In this document: in pieces, positions 19,421 to 29,331 of the stretch
Numbering within the stretch: the first letter of the stretch is position 1
Layout of the letters: every line of letters begins with the position of its first letter
Origin: an uncultured Arcobacter sp.
GTDB taxonomy: Bacteria; Campylobacterota; Campylobacteria; Campylobacterales; Arcobacteraceae
NCBI GenBank assembly: GCA_965140705.1
Contig: OZ223301.1
Location: 1-64,000, forward strand
Length of the DNA stretch: 64,000 nucleotides
Direction: 5' to 3'
Notes under the pieces: generated by a model
The model's database searches: none
Told to the model about the DNA's origin: nothing
The model's input: only the letters and a program-made list of their open reading frames with translations
Program-made: the position numbers and the translations under genes

Positions 19421-20302
19421 ATGATTACATTTTCACAACTTCTTTTAAAATTACAACAATTTTGGGCAGAGCAAGGTTGCAATATTGTTCAACCTTATGA
19501 TATACCAGCAGGAGCTGGGACATTTCATCCTGCAACACTATTAAGAAGTCTAGACTCAACACCTTGGAGTACAGCATATGTAGCACCAAGTAGAAGACCA
19601 ACTGATGGAAGATATGGAGAAAACCCAAATAGATTAGGGGCTTACTACCAATTTCAAGTTTTAATTAAACCAAGTCCAGATAATATCCAAGATTTATATT
19701 TACAATCTTTAGAATATTTAGGTTTAGATGTTTCTAAACATGATATTAGATTCGTAGAAGACAACTGGGAATCTCCTACATTAGGAGCTTGGGGACTTGG
19801 ATGGGAAGTTTGGCTTGATGGTATGGAAGTTACTCAATTCACATATTTCCAACAAGTAGGTGGAATAGCTTGTGATCCAGTTGCCGTTGAAATTACATAC
19901 GGTACTGAAAGATTAGCTATGTATTTACAAGAGGTTGATTCTGTATTTGATATAGTTTGGAATGAAAATGAATATGGCAAAACAACATATGCAGATGTTC
20001 ATAAAGAAGCAGAATATGAATTTTCTAAATATAATTTTGAAGTGGCAAATGTAGATATGCTATTTAAACATTTTGATGATGCTTTTAATGAATGTAAGTC
20101 ATGTTTAGCGCACGGACTTCCTCTTCCAGCATATGACCAATGTATGATGGCAAGTCATGCTTTTAATACACTTGATGCAAGAAAAGCAATATCTGTAACT
20201 GAGAGACAAAATTATATTTTAAAGGTGCGAGAACTTTCACAAGGTTGTGCTATTTTATATAAAGAACAAGAACAAGATAGACTTAAAAGAATAGGTAAAT
20301 AA
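19421..20302 (+). CDS. glyQ: Glycine--tRNA ligase alpha subunit
   Basis: [50 protein letters not shown]. Confidence 0.98.
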   Translation: MITFSQLLLKLQQFWAEQGCNIVQPYDIPAGAGTFHPATLLRSLDSTPWSTAYVAPSRRPTDGRYGENPNRLGAYYQFQVLIKPSPDNIQDLYLQSLEYLGLDVSKHDIRFVEDNWESPTLGAWGLGWEVWLDGMEVTQFTYFQQVGGIACDPVAVEITYGTERLAMYLQEVDSVFDIVWNENEYGKTTYADVHKEAEYEFSKYNFEVANVDMLFKHFDDAFNECKSCLAHGLPLPAYDQCMMASHAFNTLDARKAISVTERQNYILKVRELSQGCAILYKEQEQDRLKRIGK

Positions 20303-21054
20303 TGAAAATCAGAGATATTTATGATTATTTAGATGAACTTTCACCTTTTGCTTTACAAGAGAAGTGGGATAATTCTGGGTTAATTGTAGGTAGTTTTGAA
20401 GAAGAGGTAAAAAAAGTCTATATTAGTATAGATTTGGATGAAGAATTGCTTTCTAATATGGAAGAAAACTCTTTAGTAATAACTCATCACCCATTGATTT
20501 TTTCACCTTTAAAAAGAGTTAATTTTGATTCTTACTCTACAAAGCTTTTAAGAGTTTTGATACAAAAAAATATTTCACTAATTTCAATGCACACAAATAT
20601 TGATAAAACACATTTAAATAAATATGTTGGAAAAGATATTTTAGGATTAAATTTAGAAAATAGTGAAGAATATATCTCATATGCCAAGGTAAATTCTTCA
20701 TTTGAGAAGTTTTGTGAAGAAATTTCGAAAAAATTAAATATTGAAGAATTAAAGTTTGTAAAATGTAGTGATGAGGTAAAAAGAGTTGCCCTAGTTACAG
20801 GGGCAGGAATGTCGATGATATCGGAAGTTAAAGCTGATTGCTTTTTAACTGGAGATATTAAATATCATGATGCAATGGATGCAAAAACAAGAGGAATATC
20901 ATTAATTGATATAAGACATTATGAAAGTGAACGCCATTTTACGGAACTTTTATACTCTCTTATTGAAAAATATTTGAAAAAAAATAAATTAACAGCTATA
21001 ATGGCGAATTCAAAAAATCCATTCAGTTTTTATAATACAAGGAGAAACGGTTGA
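20302..21054 (+). CDS. Nif3-like dinuclear metal center protein
   Basis: WDNSGL, ITHHPLIF, MHTNID, TGDIKYH, HYESE. Confidence 0.92.
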   Translation: MKIRDIYDYLDELSPFALQEKWDNSGLIVGSFEEEVKKVYISIDLDEELLSNMEENSLVITHHPLIFSPLKRVNFDSYSTKLLRVLIQKNISLISMHTNIDKTHLNKYVGKDILGLNLENSEEYISYAKVNSSFEKFCEEISKKLNIEELKFVKCSDEVKRVALVTGAGMSMISEVKADCFLTGDIKYHDAMDAKTRGISLIDIRHYESERHFTELLYSLIEKYLKKNKLTAIMANSKNPFSFYNTRRNG

Positions 21055-21770
21055 ACAAGTATTTAGAGGATTTAATCAAATTATCAAAATTTGACAGCAA
21101 AATTAGTTCATTTGAACCACAAATTGACAACGAAAAAGAAAAATTAGCAACTTTTGTTGAGATAGCAGAAGAGATTAAAAAAGGTATCAATGATACTTAT
21201 GCTCAAATTGATGAGATAAAATCAAAAAGAACTAAAAATAATATTCACTTAGCTGAATTAAAATCGAAATTAGATGATATATCTAAAAAAGGTGCAGTAG
21301 TTCAAACAGAAAAAGAAGTTAAAGCTTTACAATTAGAAGAAGAGATTGCAAAAGAGCAAATTTCATTCGCAAATGAAGAGATTGAAAGACTTGATAAACT
21401 ATCAACTGTAAAAGAAGAAGAGTTAAAAGAGTTACAAGAGAAATTAACTGAAGAAGAAAATGGAATAAAAGAGTTACAAGTAGCTGTTGATAGTGCTATA
21501 GAAGAGATTAACAAAGAAAGAAATGTTGTTTATCAAGATAGATCAGAATTATTAGCTGATTTTGATAATAAAGTTTTAACTTTCTATGAAAAAATCAAAA
21601 GATGGGCAAAAGATACAGCAGTTGTTCCTGTTAAAAAACAAGCTTGTTATGGTTGTTTTATGAAAATAAGCGATCAAACATATGCAGAAGTAATTAAATC
21701 AGAAGAAATTATCAATTGTCCACATTGTGGAAGAATAATTTATAAAGAAGAAGAAACTGTAGAGGCTTAA
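21051..21770 (+). CDS. Coiled-coil C4 zinc-ribbon protein (DUF164 / HP0958-like)
   Basis: Long coiled coil, then ACYGCFM and CPHCGRI; typical nif3-adjacent position. Confidence 0.88.
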   Translation: MNKYLEDLIKLSKFDSKISSFEPQIDNEKEKLATFVEIAEEIKKGINDTYAQIDEIKSKRTKNNIHLAELKSKLDDISKKGAVVQTEKEVKALQLEEEIAKEQISFANEEIERLDKLSTVKEEELKELQEKLTEEENGIKELQVAVDSAIEEINKERNVVYQDRSELLADFDNKVLTFYEKIKRWAKDTAVVPVKKQACYGCFMKISDQTYAEVIKSEEIINCPHCGRIIYKEEETVEA

Positions 21771-21772
21771 TC

Positions 21773-22921
21773 TTGAGCCTCTTTTCAATATTTTATTTTT
21801 TAGTATCTTTACTACTATATATTTTAGCAATCCCCTTTATTTTATTTAAGTCAAAAAACAAAAAATACAAAAAAGCTCTACCTGCAAGATTCTTTTTAAA
21901 AGATAATAACTCTTTTAGTGAATCAAAAATTTGGTTTCATGTTTGTTCTTTTGGAGAAGCAAAAGCCATAAAACCAATCGTTGAAGCTTTGAATAAAGAT
22001 GTTAATATATCAGTTATTACAAATACAGGTTTTGAAGAGGCTGAAAAATTAAGTAAAAATGTAAGATTTTTACCCTATGAACTTTTTCTTCCTTTTTGGA
22101 TAAAAAAACAAAAAGTTCTTTTAGTCATGGAAGCAGAACTTTGGTATATGCTTTTTTTAGTTGCAAAAATTAAAAAAACAAAAACTATTTTAATAAATGC
22201 AAGAATTAGTGATAAGTCATATAAGTCATATAAGAAGTTTTCTTGGTTTTATAGAAGAATTTTCAAAAATATTGATAAAGTATTTGCTCAAAGTGAGATA
22301 GATAAAAATAGACTTGAAGAGTTGGGTGCAAAAAATATTGAAGTAATAGGAAATATAAAATTAGCAACACTGCCAAAAAGAAGTAATAAATATGAAAAGC
22401 CAAATGGATTTATAATAACAGCTGGTAGTACCCATGAAAATGAAGAAGAACTAATTTTAGATTCTTATAAAAAAGAGTTTGGGAAGTTAATTATTGTCCC
22501 AAGACATCCAGAGAGATTTGAAAAAGTAAATCTTCTTATAAATGATTTTATAAAAGATAAAGATATTACTTATCATAAATTTTCCTTGAAAAATGATTTC
22601 TCAAGTGATATAATCTTAGTAGATGTTATGGGTGAGTTAAACAATATTTATGAAATATCAGATGCAGTTATACTTGGTGGAGCATTTGAAAAAATAGGTG
22701 GACACAATCCAGTTGAACCTGCATTTTTTAATTGTAGGGTAATAAGTGGTGAAAACTACTTTAATCAAAAAGCTCTTTTTGAGTGTATTGATAATTATAA
22801 AATCATAAAAAACTCTCAATTAAAAGATATAATGAGAGATATAAAAAATTTAAAACCAGCCTCTTTGAAAGAGAGTGGATCAATAGAACCAATATTAAGG
22901 GAAATAAATGGGACAAGATAA
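21773..22921 (+). CDS. waaA: Kdo transferase
   Basis: WFHVCSFGE, MEAELW, INARISDKS, AGSTH, VPRHPERF, GGHNPVEPA. Confidence 0.95.
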   Translation: MSLFSIFYFLVSLLLYILAIPFILFKSKNKKYKKALPARFFLKDNNSFSESKIWFHVCSFGEAKAIKPIVEALNKDVNISVITNTGFEEAEKLSKNVRFLPYELFLPFWIKKQKVLLVMEAELWYMLFLVAKIKKTKTILINARISDKSYKSYKKFSWFYRRIFKNIDKVFAQSEIDKNRLEELGAKNIEVIGNIKLATLPKRSNKYEKPNGFIITAGSTHENEEELILDSYKKEFGKLIIVPRHPERFEKVNLLINDFIKDKDITYHKFSLKNDFSSDIILVDVMGELNNIYEISDAVILGGAFEKIGGHNPVEPAFFNCRVISGENYFNQKALFECIDNYKIIKNSQLKDIMRDIKNLKPASLKESGSIEPILREINGTR

Positions 22922-23657
22922 AGCTTATAAAGTATTAGCAAGACAAGAGAATATATCAAATAGTAAAGCAAAAGACTTAATAGACAAAGGTTTAGTAAAA
23001 GTTGGAAATCAAAAAGTTTTAATTGCAAGGGGTGATATTTCTGAAAATACAAAATTTATTGTAAAAGACGTTGCTCCTATAAAAGTAATATTTCAAGATG
23101 ATGATATCTTAGCTGTAGATAAACCAGCTTTTTTAACAGCTGATGAAGTATCAAGAAAGTTTCCAAAGTATTTATTATTAAATAGATTGGATAAAGAGAC
23201 AAGTGGAGTTATGCTTTTCGCAAAGAATGAAGAGTTTCAAACAAAAGCCATAAGAGAGTTTAAAAATAATGCAGTGTATAAAGAATATGTAGCTGTGGTT
23301 GAGGGCAAAGTTATTGATGAAATTGTTATTGATAAACCAATTTTAACTATCAAAAACAATAAAGGTGTTGCTAGAAGTAAAGTAGACATGAAAAAAGGTA
23401 AAAGTGCAAAAACTACAGTTTATCCAATGCTTGTTGAAGGGAATAAATCAAAAATAAAAGTTGTAATTGATACAGGAAGAACACATCAAATTAGAGTTCA
23501 CCTAAACTATATTGATTATCCTATTATTGGAGATAGTGTTTATGGAAAACCTTCAACTCACGTAAATAGAGTTTTATTGCACTCAAAAATAACTAAAATA
23601 TTTGATTATACATTTGAAGCAAAGGTTCCAAGAGAATTTAATGTTTATGGACTTTAA
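22908..23657 (+). CDS. RluA-family pseudouridine synthase with S4-like N-terminus
   Basis: VDKP, NRLDKETSGV, TGRTHQIRVHL, PIIGD. Confidence 0.92.
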   Translation: MGQDKAYKVLARQENISNSKAKDLIDKGLVKVGNQKVLIARGDISENTKFIVKDVAPIKVIFQDDDILAVDKPAFLTADEVSRKFPKYLLLNRLDKETSGVMLFAKNEEFQTKAIREFKNNAVYKEYVAVVEGKVIDEIVIDKPILTIKNNKGVARSKVDMKKGKSAKTTVYPMLVEGNKSKIKVVIDTGRTHQIRVHLNYIDYPIIGDSVYGKPSTHVNRVLLHSKITKIFDYTFEAKVPREFNVYGL

Positions 23658-23819
23658 TTAAAAGTTAAGGTTCATAAAATAATAAAAGCCCTTAAAATAG
23701 ATATCTACCAAGTATAAACTTGAAATAAATTTTTAAATTTAACTTAAATTCGACTCACTTAAACATATATAAAGTTTAACTTTAGTAAAATCACTAAATT
23801 TTAAAAATGGAGTAGAGTT

Positions 23820-25175
23820 TTGTTTGATGTAATAACTGGGTCAATTAAAAGTGCAGTAAATAAAGTAAGATTTAAAGATGATGCCGCGTCATTAAAAAAA
23901 GCGACAACTGAACTTAGAAAAGCACTATTAAAAGCAGATGTACACCATAAAACTACAAGAGATTTAATAAACAATGTTGAATTAAGAACAAAAGAGTTAG
24001 GAATAGGTCAAGGTACATTTCTAAAAGCTTTACAAGAAAATTTAACTAGTATATTAACAGCTGAGGGTAATCAAGGTTTTGTATTCTCAAATACTCCTCC
24101 AACAACTATTTTAATGACTGGACTTCAAGGTTCAGGTAAAACAACAACAACTGGTAAATTAGCAACATACTTAAAACTAAGAAAGAAAAAAGTTTTAATT
24201 GCTGCTTGTGATTTACAAAGACTTGCTGCGGTAGAACAATTAAAACAAATATGTGCACAAATTGAAGTTGATTTATATTTTGATGATAATGAAAAAGACC
24301 CAGTAAAAATTGCAAAAGCTGCTCAAGAAAAAGCTAAAAAAGAGTTATATGATGTTTTATTAGTGGATACAGCAGGACGATTGGCAATTGATGAAGAACT
24401 AATGAATCAATTAGGAAAAGTAAAAGATGCTTTAAAACCTGATGAGATTTTTTATGTGGCAGATTCATTAACAGGTCATGATGCAACAAGAACTGCAAGT
24501 TCATTTAAAGAGCAAATTGGTATCGATGGTGTTATTTTATCAAAATATGATGGTGATACTAAAGGTGGGGTTGCAATTTCTTTAGCTGATCAAGTTGGTG
24601 TTCCTCTGAGATTTATTGGTATTGGTGAAAAAATGCCAGATTTGGAAGTATTTATTCCAGATAGAATTGTTTCTAGACTTATGGGTGCTGGAGATATGGA
24701 AGGACTTGCTGAAAAAACATCAGCAATTATTGATGAGAAAAAAGCAAAAGAAGTTACTAAAAAAATCAAAAAAGGTGAATTTAACTTTAATGACTTTTTA
24801 GAACAACTTAAAATGATGAGTAAATTAGGTTCTATGAAATCTATTTTAGGAATGATTCCAGGTATGTCACAAATGGCTGGACAACTTAAAGATATGGATT
24901 TTGAGAACTCAGATGAGATAAAAAGAATCAAAGCTTTAATTGGTTCTATGACTCCAAAAGAGAGAGAAATGCCATCTCTTTTAAATCCAAGCAGAAAGAA
25001 AAGATTATCAAAAGGTTCTGGTTTATCAGAAGTACAAGTTAATAAAATCTTGAAACAATTTAAAAGTGCATCAAAAATGGCAAAACAGTTATCAAATAAA
25101 GGTGGGATGAAAGGTTTATCAAACATGATGTCTCAAATGAAAGGTCCTGGTGGAATGCAAGGTCTACCACGATAA
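23820..25175 (+). CDS. ffh: Signal recognition particle protein
   Basis: GLQGSGKTTT, DTAGR, SKYDGDTKGG, Met-rich M domain with SMTPKER. Confidence 0.98.
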   Translation: MFDVITGSIKSAVNKVRFKDDAASLKKATTELRKALLKADVHHKTTRDLINNVELRTKELGIGQGTFLKALQENLTSILTAEGNQGFVFSNTPPTTILMTGLQGSGKTTTTGKLATYLKLRKKKVLIAACDLQRLAAVEQLKQICAQIEVDLYFDDNEKDPVKIAKAAQEKAKKELYDVLLVDTAGRLAIDEELMNQLGKVKDALKPDEIFYVADSLTGHDATRTASSFKEQIGIDGVILSKYDGDTKGGVAISLADQVGVPLRFIGIGEKMPDLEVFIPDRIVSRLMGAGDMEGLAEKTSAIIDEKKAKEVTKKIKKGEFNFNDFLEQLKMMSKLGSMKSILGMIPGMSQMAGQLKDMDFENSDEIKRIKALIGSMTPKEREMPSLLNPSRKKRLSKGSGLSEVQVNKILKQFKSASKMAKQLSNKGGMKGLSNMMSQMKGPGGMQGLPR

Positions 25176-25188
25176 AAATTAAAACATA

Positions 25189-25239
25189 AATAGTGTTGAG
25201 TTGTAAACTTCAATGACGAGTTTAGAATTCAATACTATT
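25189..25239 (+). other. Long predicted RNA hairpin in the ffh-rpsP spacer
   Basis: 22-nt arms with 18 Watson-Crick pairs, 3 G-U pairs and 1 mismatch; 7-nt loop. Confidence 0.55.
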
Positions 25240-25258
25240 AAATAAAAAAAGGAAAAAC

Positions 25259-25489
25259 ATGACAGTAATTAGATTAACAAGAATGGGTAGAAATAAAAAA
25301 CCATTTTATAGAATCGTTGTAACAGATTCAAGAAAAAGAAGAGATTCAGGATGGATCGAATCAATTGGTTATTATAACCCAGTAGCAGAACCAAAAGTAT
25401 TAAAACTTGACGAAGAGAGATATAACTATTGGTTAAGTGTTGGTGCTAAACCTTCTGAAAAAGTTAAAAAATTAGCTGAAGCAAAATAA
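25259..25489 (+). CDS. rpsP: 30S ribosomal protein S16
   Basis: [37 protein letters not shown]. Confidence 0.98.
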   Translation: MTVIRLTRMGRNKKPFYRIVVTDSRKRRDSGWIESIGYYNPVAEPKVLKLDEERYNYWLSVGAKPSEKVKKLAEAK

Positions 25490-25497
25490 GTTTTAAC

Positions 25498-25737
25498 ATG
25501 ATTAAAAATTTCATTGAAAGCTATGTGAAACTTATCGCTAGTAATCCAGACTCAATAACTGTATCTGAAAAACAAATTGATGAAACTTTTGTTGAAGTTA
25601 CTATAAGTGCTGACACACATGATGTAGGTAAACTTATAGGAAAAAATGGAAATATGATAAATGCTTTAAAAACTATGGCTAATGGCTGTAAAGCTAAAGA
25701 TGGAATATCATATAAAATACAAGTAGTTGCAAACTAA
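25498..25737 (+). CDS. khpA: KH-domain RNA-binding protein (KhpA-like)
   Basis: DVGKLIGKNG KH motif; lies between rpsP and rimM. Confidence 0.85.
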   Translation: MIKNFIESYVKLIASNPDSITVSEKQIDETFVEVTISADTHDVGKLIGKNGNMINALKTMANGCKAKDGISYKIQVVAN

Positions 25738-25743
25738 CTTAAA

Positions 25744-26271
25744 ATGAAAAACAAAATTTATGTAGCTAAACTTGGAAAATCAGTAGGATTAAATGGAGAG
25801 ATTAAAATCTTCATAGATTCTGATTTTCCAGAGCAGTTTAAAAAAGGTGCTACATTTACTACTAATAAAAATACTTTACTTACCGTAAAAAACTATAATG
25901 AATCAAGAAGTATTATTTCTTTTGCTGAAGTTAATAATATTGATGATGCTAAAAAACTAACAAATCAACAATTATTTACCACAGAAGAAGATACAAAAGA
26001 AAACTGTAAATTAAATGAGGATCAATTTTTTTGGTTCGACTTAATAGATTGTATGGTAATTGAAAATGAAGAAGTTTTAGGTACAATTGTTGAAATTCAT
26101 AGGTATCCACTTGGTGACTATTTTGAAATAAAAACAGAAGAATCTTTAGTGGGAAAAGAACTTCCTAAAAACTTTTTACTTCCTTATGAAAAAAACTACA
26201 TTAAAAGTGTAGATATTAAGAATAAAAAAATTGAAGCAAAAGATGCAAAAGCTATTTTAGAAAATAGCTAG
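25744..26271 (+). CDS. rimM: Ribosome maturation factor RimM
   Basis: GKSVGLNGEIK, QFFWFDLIDC..., PRC-barrel end; conserved synteny. Confidence 0.93.
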   Translation: MKNKIYVAKLGKSVGLNGEIKIFIDSDFPEQFKKGATFTTNKNTLLTVKNYNESRSIISFAEVNNIDDAKKLTNQQLFTTEEDTKENCKLNEDQFFWFDLIDCMVIENEEVLGTIVEIHRYPLGDYFEIKTEESLVGKELPKNFLLPYEKNYIKSVDIKNKKIEAKDAKAILENS

Positions 26272-27542
26272 TAATTACATCTTTTATCATATTCGTCCTT
26301 CGTATAATCATAAATCTCTGCAGTGATATTATATTTAAGTAAATACTCTTCTGCAACTTTTTCTCTTTCTACATCATTTTCAAATGGACCTACGAAGATT
26401 TCTACATTATTTTGATAATCTCTACATAGGGTAACATTATCATTAACTGAGTATATTTTATCAAGGTATGATTTATATATATCTTTACTTTTTGTTTGTA
26501 TTTTTATAACTTTTACAAATTGATTTATCTTTTCTTTAACTGGTTCAGGTTCTACTTTTGCTACTTCAGTATCTTTTTTAGTATCTTCAATAGTTGGGGG
26601 AGGTGTCTCTTCAACTTTTTTTACTTCTTCTTTAGTGTTTGTTGCAGTTACTTTTGTCTCTTCATTTGAAGTATTTGTTGTTACTGTTGTTTGATCTGAA
26701 GTTGCTTCAGTTTTATTTGTATTGTCTGTAGATGTCTTAGTTGTATCATCTACTTTTGGAGTATCATCTTTTGTAATAACATTATCTATTTGTTTATCTA
26801 TATTTTCATCAATATTTTGTTTTTTTATCACAGGAAGTTGTTCTTCCATTCTTTTTCTTTCAGCTTCTTTTATTTTTTCAATTTTTGCTAATCTCTCTTG
26901 TTCTAATTGTTTTTTTGCCTCAAGGTATAAGTTTTCTTTTTCTTGAGCCTTTTTTTCTTCCGTATCAGCATTTTCAACAATTTCATATTTTGTTAAGAGA
27001 TTAAGTTTTTTATTTAACCGATTAGCATCAATATCATTTGGTTTAAATTGATACTCTTCTTTCTTAACTTTAGCTTTTTCTACTTTAGGTGCTTTTTCAA
27101 CAGGTTTTGAATCAAATACTCCAATTAAATAAAGTACGGCACCAATTGAAATTAAAGATAATAGTATTGAAACTACAATTGTAAGTATTTTGATAAATTT
27201 ATTTTGTTTTTTTTGAATTGGAATTTCTTCATTTAGTTCAATGTCTTCACCATAATTAGTAGATGAATTATTTAAGTTAATATCATCGACAGGTGAAATT
27301 TCATCTTCGGGTGAATCTGTAGTTTCACTACTATTACTTTGAATCTCTTCTATTACTTCTTCATCTTTAGAAGGAGTATCATCTCTTATTAAAGATTCTA
27401 TCTCTTCATCGGAAAGAGAAGACTTACTTCCCTCAACTAACAAATCTTCACTTTTTTTTTCGTCAAGAACTTCTTCCAAACCTAAATTTTGCATAGTTTC
27501 TTCTAAAAGTTCTGCTTCAGTTTTTTCTTTATTTTCTGCCAT
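26268..27542 (-). CDS. Uncharacterised bitopic membrane protein: acidic N-terminus, single TM, coiled coil/Thr-rich linker, SPOR-like C-terminus
   Basis: 424-aa ORF; TM ILTIVVSILLSLISIGAVLYLIGVF; C-terminal VEIFVGPF..E.E motif resembling SPOR domains; co-oriented with flgG. Confidence 0.6.
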   Translation of the reverse strand: MAENKEKTEAELLEETMQNLGLEEVLDEKKSEDLLVEGSKSSLSDEEIESLIRDDTPSKDEEVIEEIQSNSSETTDSPEDEISPVDDINLNNSSTNYGEDIELNEEIPIQKKQNKFIKILTIVVSILLSLISIGAVLYLIGVFDSKPVEKAPKVEKAKVKKEEYQFKPNDIDANRLNKKLNLLTKYEIVENADTEEKKAQEKENLYLEAKKQLEQERLAKIEKIKEAERKRMEEQLPVIKKQNIDENIDKQIDNVITKDDTPKVDDTTKTSTDNTNKTEATSDQTTVTTNTSNEETKVTATNTKEEVKKVEETPPPTIEDTKKDTEVAKVEPEPVKEKINQFVKVIKIQTKSKDIYKSYLDKIYSVNDNVTLCRDYQNNVEIFVGPFENDVEREKVAEEYLLKYNITAEIYDYTKDEYDKRCNY

Positions 27543-27544
27543 TT

Positions 27545-27982
27545 TTACTCTTTAGATGATGATTTTCTATATTCTTTTTGTCTTAGTAATATCTTTTCTT
27601 TGTTTTCTTCGTAATATTTTTTTCTGTATTCTCTTAGTTCTTCTTTTTTCTTTTCCCTGTATTCTTTGTCATATTCTAATCTTTTTTCTCTATTTTCTAG
27701 ATAATAGCTTTTTTTCTGTTCTCTGTAGTCTTTTATTTTTTGGACAATTTTATCTTTTCTACTGTCCACATGAGATTTTTGTTTTTTAATAATTTCTTTT
27801 ATTTTTAAATCAAAATTATCAATATTTAAATCATTTTCATAATCATAAATTTGTTGTTTAGATTTTTTTAATGATTCACTAGACTCTTTTTCAAGCTTCT
27901 TTTTTAGATAGTATTCTCTTTTCTTTTTTTTATGATCTAAAAAATTTCGCTCTCTAAGTCTTTTTAATTCTTCTAAATCCAT
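27545..27982 (-). CDS. Hypothetical highly charged (K/E/R/Y-rich) helical protein
   Basis: 145-aa ORF tightly packed between flgG and the next gene (13-nt and 2-nt gaps), with an AGG SD. Confidence 0.65.
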   Translation of the reverse strand: MDLEELKRLRERNFLDHKKKKREYYLKKKLEKESSESLKKSKQQIYDYENDLNIDNFDLKIKEIIKKQKSHVDSRKDKIVQKIKDYREQKKSYYLENREKRLEYDKEYREKKKEELREYRKKYYEENKEKILLRQKEYRKSSSKE

Positions 27983-27995
27983 TTTAGCCTAATTA

Positions 27996-28787
27996 TTAAC
28001 TAGTTTTTAATTGATTTGCTATTGTTAATAGCTTATCTGCCGTTTGTATTGCTTTTGAATTTGCTTCATAAGCTCTTTGTGCAGTTATTAAATCTACCAT
28101 TTCAGTTACTAATTTTACGTTTGACATTTCAACAAAACCTTGTCTAAGATTTCCAAATTGTTCTTCTGTTGGATTTGCATCAATTGGATCACCTGAAGCT
28201 GTTGTTGCTTTGAAAAGTGATTCCCCTATTGGTTGTAAACCTGCTGGATTAACAAAGTCAGACAAAGTGATTTGTCCAACTTCTTGTTCTTCTTGTGTAG
28301 TTGGATCTGTTGCTGTTATTAAACCATCATTTGAAATATTTACTTTTATTAAATTATCTGGTATAACAATTTCAGGGTCTAATAAGTATCCATTACCATT
28401 TACAATTGAGCCATCACTATTAACTTTGAATTGCCCATTTCTAGTATAAGCTGTTTCACCATTAGGCATAGTTACTCTAAAAAAACCTTTTCCTTCAATG
28501 GCTATATCTAAGTCATTACCTGTTGGTTCTAAATCACCTTCTTCAAAAGACTTTTGTATACCTGAAATTCTAACTCCAGAACCTACATCAATTCCTGTTG
28601 GATTCCTAGTATCTTGACTAGTCGAACCTCCAGTATAATTCAATCTCTGATACATTAGGTCTTCAAATTCAGCTCTGTCTTTTTTAAATCCAGCTGTATT
28701 TACATTCGAAATATTATTTGAAGTAACATCGATTTGATGCTGTTGAGCATACATTCCTGAAGCTGCGGTATACATTCCTTTTATCAT
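27996..28787 (-). CDS. flgG: Flagellar basal-body distal rod protein
   Basis: SNNISNVNTAGFK, FEDLMYQ, LDIAIEGKGFF, YTRNGQF, SNVKLVTEMVDLITAQRAYEANSK. Confidence 0.95.
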   Translation of the reverse strand: MIKGMYTAASGMYAQQHQIDVTSNNISNVNTAGFKKDRAEFEDLMYQRLNYTGGSTSQDTRNPTGIDVGSGVRISGIQKSFEEGDLEPTGNDLDIAIEGKGFFRVTMPNGETAYTRNGQFKVNSDGSIVNGNGYLLDPEIVIPDNLIKVNISNDGLITATDPTTQEEQEVGQITLSDFVNPAGLQPIGESLFKATTASGDPIDANPTEEQFGNLRQGFVEMSNVKLVTEMVDLITAQRAYEANSKAIQTADKLLTIANQLKTS

Positions 28788-28817
28788 GGTGAATCCTTTA
28801 TTGACAAAATACTATAC

Positions 28818-28823
28818 ATTATA
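28818..28823 (-). promoter_or_regulatory. Putative -10 box of the flgG unit
   Basis: TATAAT on the minus strand about 30 nt upstream of the flgG ATG. Confidence 0.45.
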
Positions 28824-28900
28824 TTTAAAGAATTTTTAAATTCAAATAAATTTGAAGACAAATATACCCAATATTAAGTATAGATTTAAAACAAATTAAT

Positions 28901-28906
28901 TATAAT
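28901..28906 (+). promoter_or_regulatory. Putative -10 box of the cheY unit
   Basis: TATAAT about 33 nt upstream of the cheY ATG. Confidence 0.45.
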
Positions 28907-28939
28907 AGAAGAAATTTTAAATTTAACAAAGGTGTATAA

Positions 28940-29311
28940 ATGAAAATACTAATAGTTGATGATAGTTCTACTATGAGAAGAATTATTGGTAATGTTGTGA
29001 TGCAGTTAGGAATTGATAAAGAAGATTTCGATGAAGCTGAAGATGGAGTGAAGGCTTGGAATAAATTAGCTACAAAACAATACGATGTTATTTTAACTGA
29101 TTGGAATATGCCTAATATGAATGGGCTTGATTTAGTAAAAAAAGTAAGAAAAGAAGGTAATCATCAAAGTACACCTATAATTATGATTACTACAGAAGGT
29201 GGTAAAGGCGAAGTTATTACTGCTCTAAAAGCTGGAGTGAATAATTATATTGTTAAACCTTTTAATGCAGAGATATTAAAAGAAAAATTAGATGGTGTAT
29301 TTAAAAAATAG
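28940..29311 (+). CDS. cheY: Chemotaxis response regulator
   Basis: ILIVDDSSTMRRII, TDWNMPNMNG, PIIMITTEG, YIVKPF; stand-alone receiver domain. Confidence 0.95.
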   Translation: MKILIVDDSSTMRRIIGNVVMQLGIDKEDFDEAEDGVKAWNKLATKQYDVILTDWNMPNMNGLDLVKKVRKEGNHQSTPIIMITTEGGKGEVITALKAGVNNYIVKPFNAEILKEKLDGVFKK

Positions 29312-29331
29312 TTAAATAAAAAGGCATAACT

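Noticed and set aside
23658..23819. SRP RNA or other ncRNA upstream of ffh
   Set aside because: Very AT-rich, with no GC-rich stem or SRP GGAA-loop motif seen
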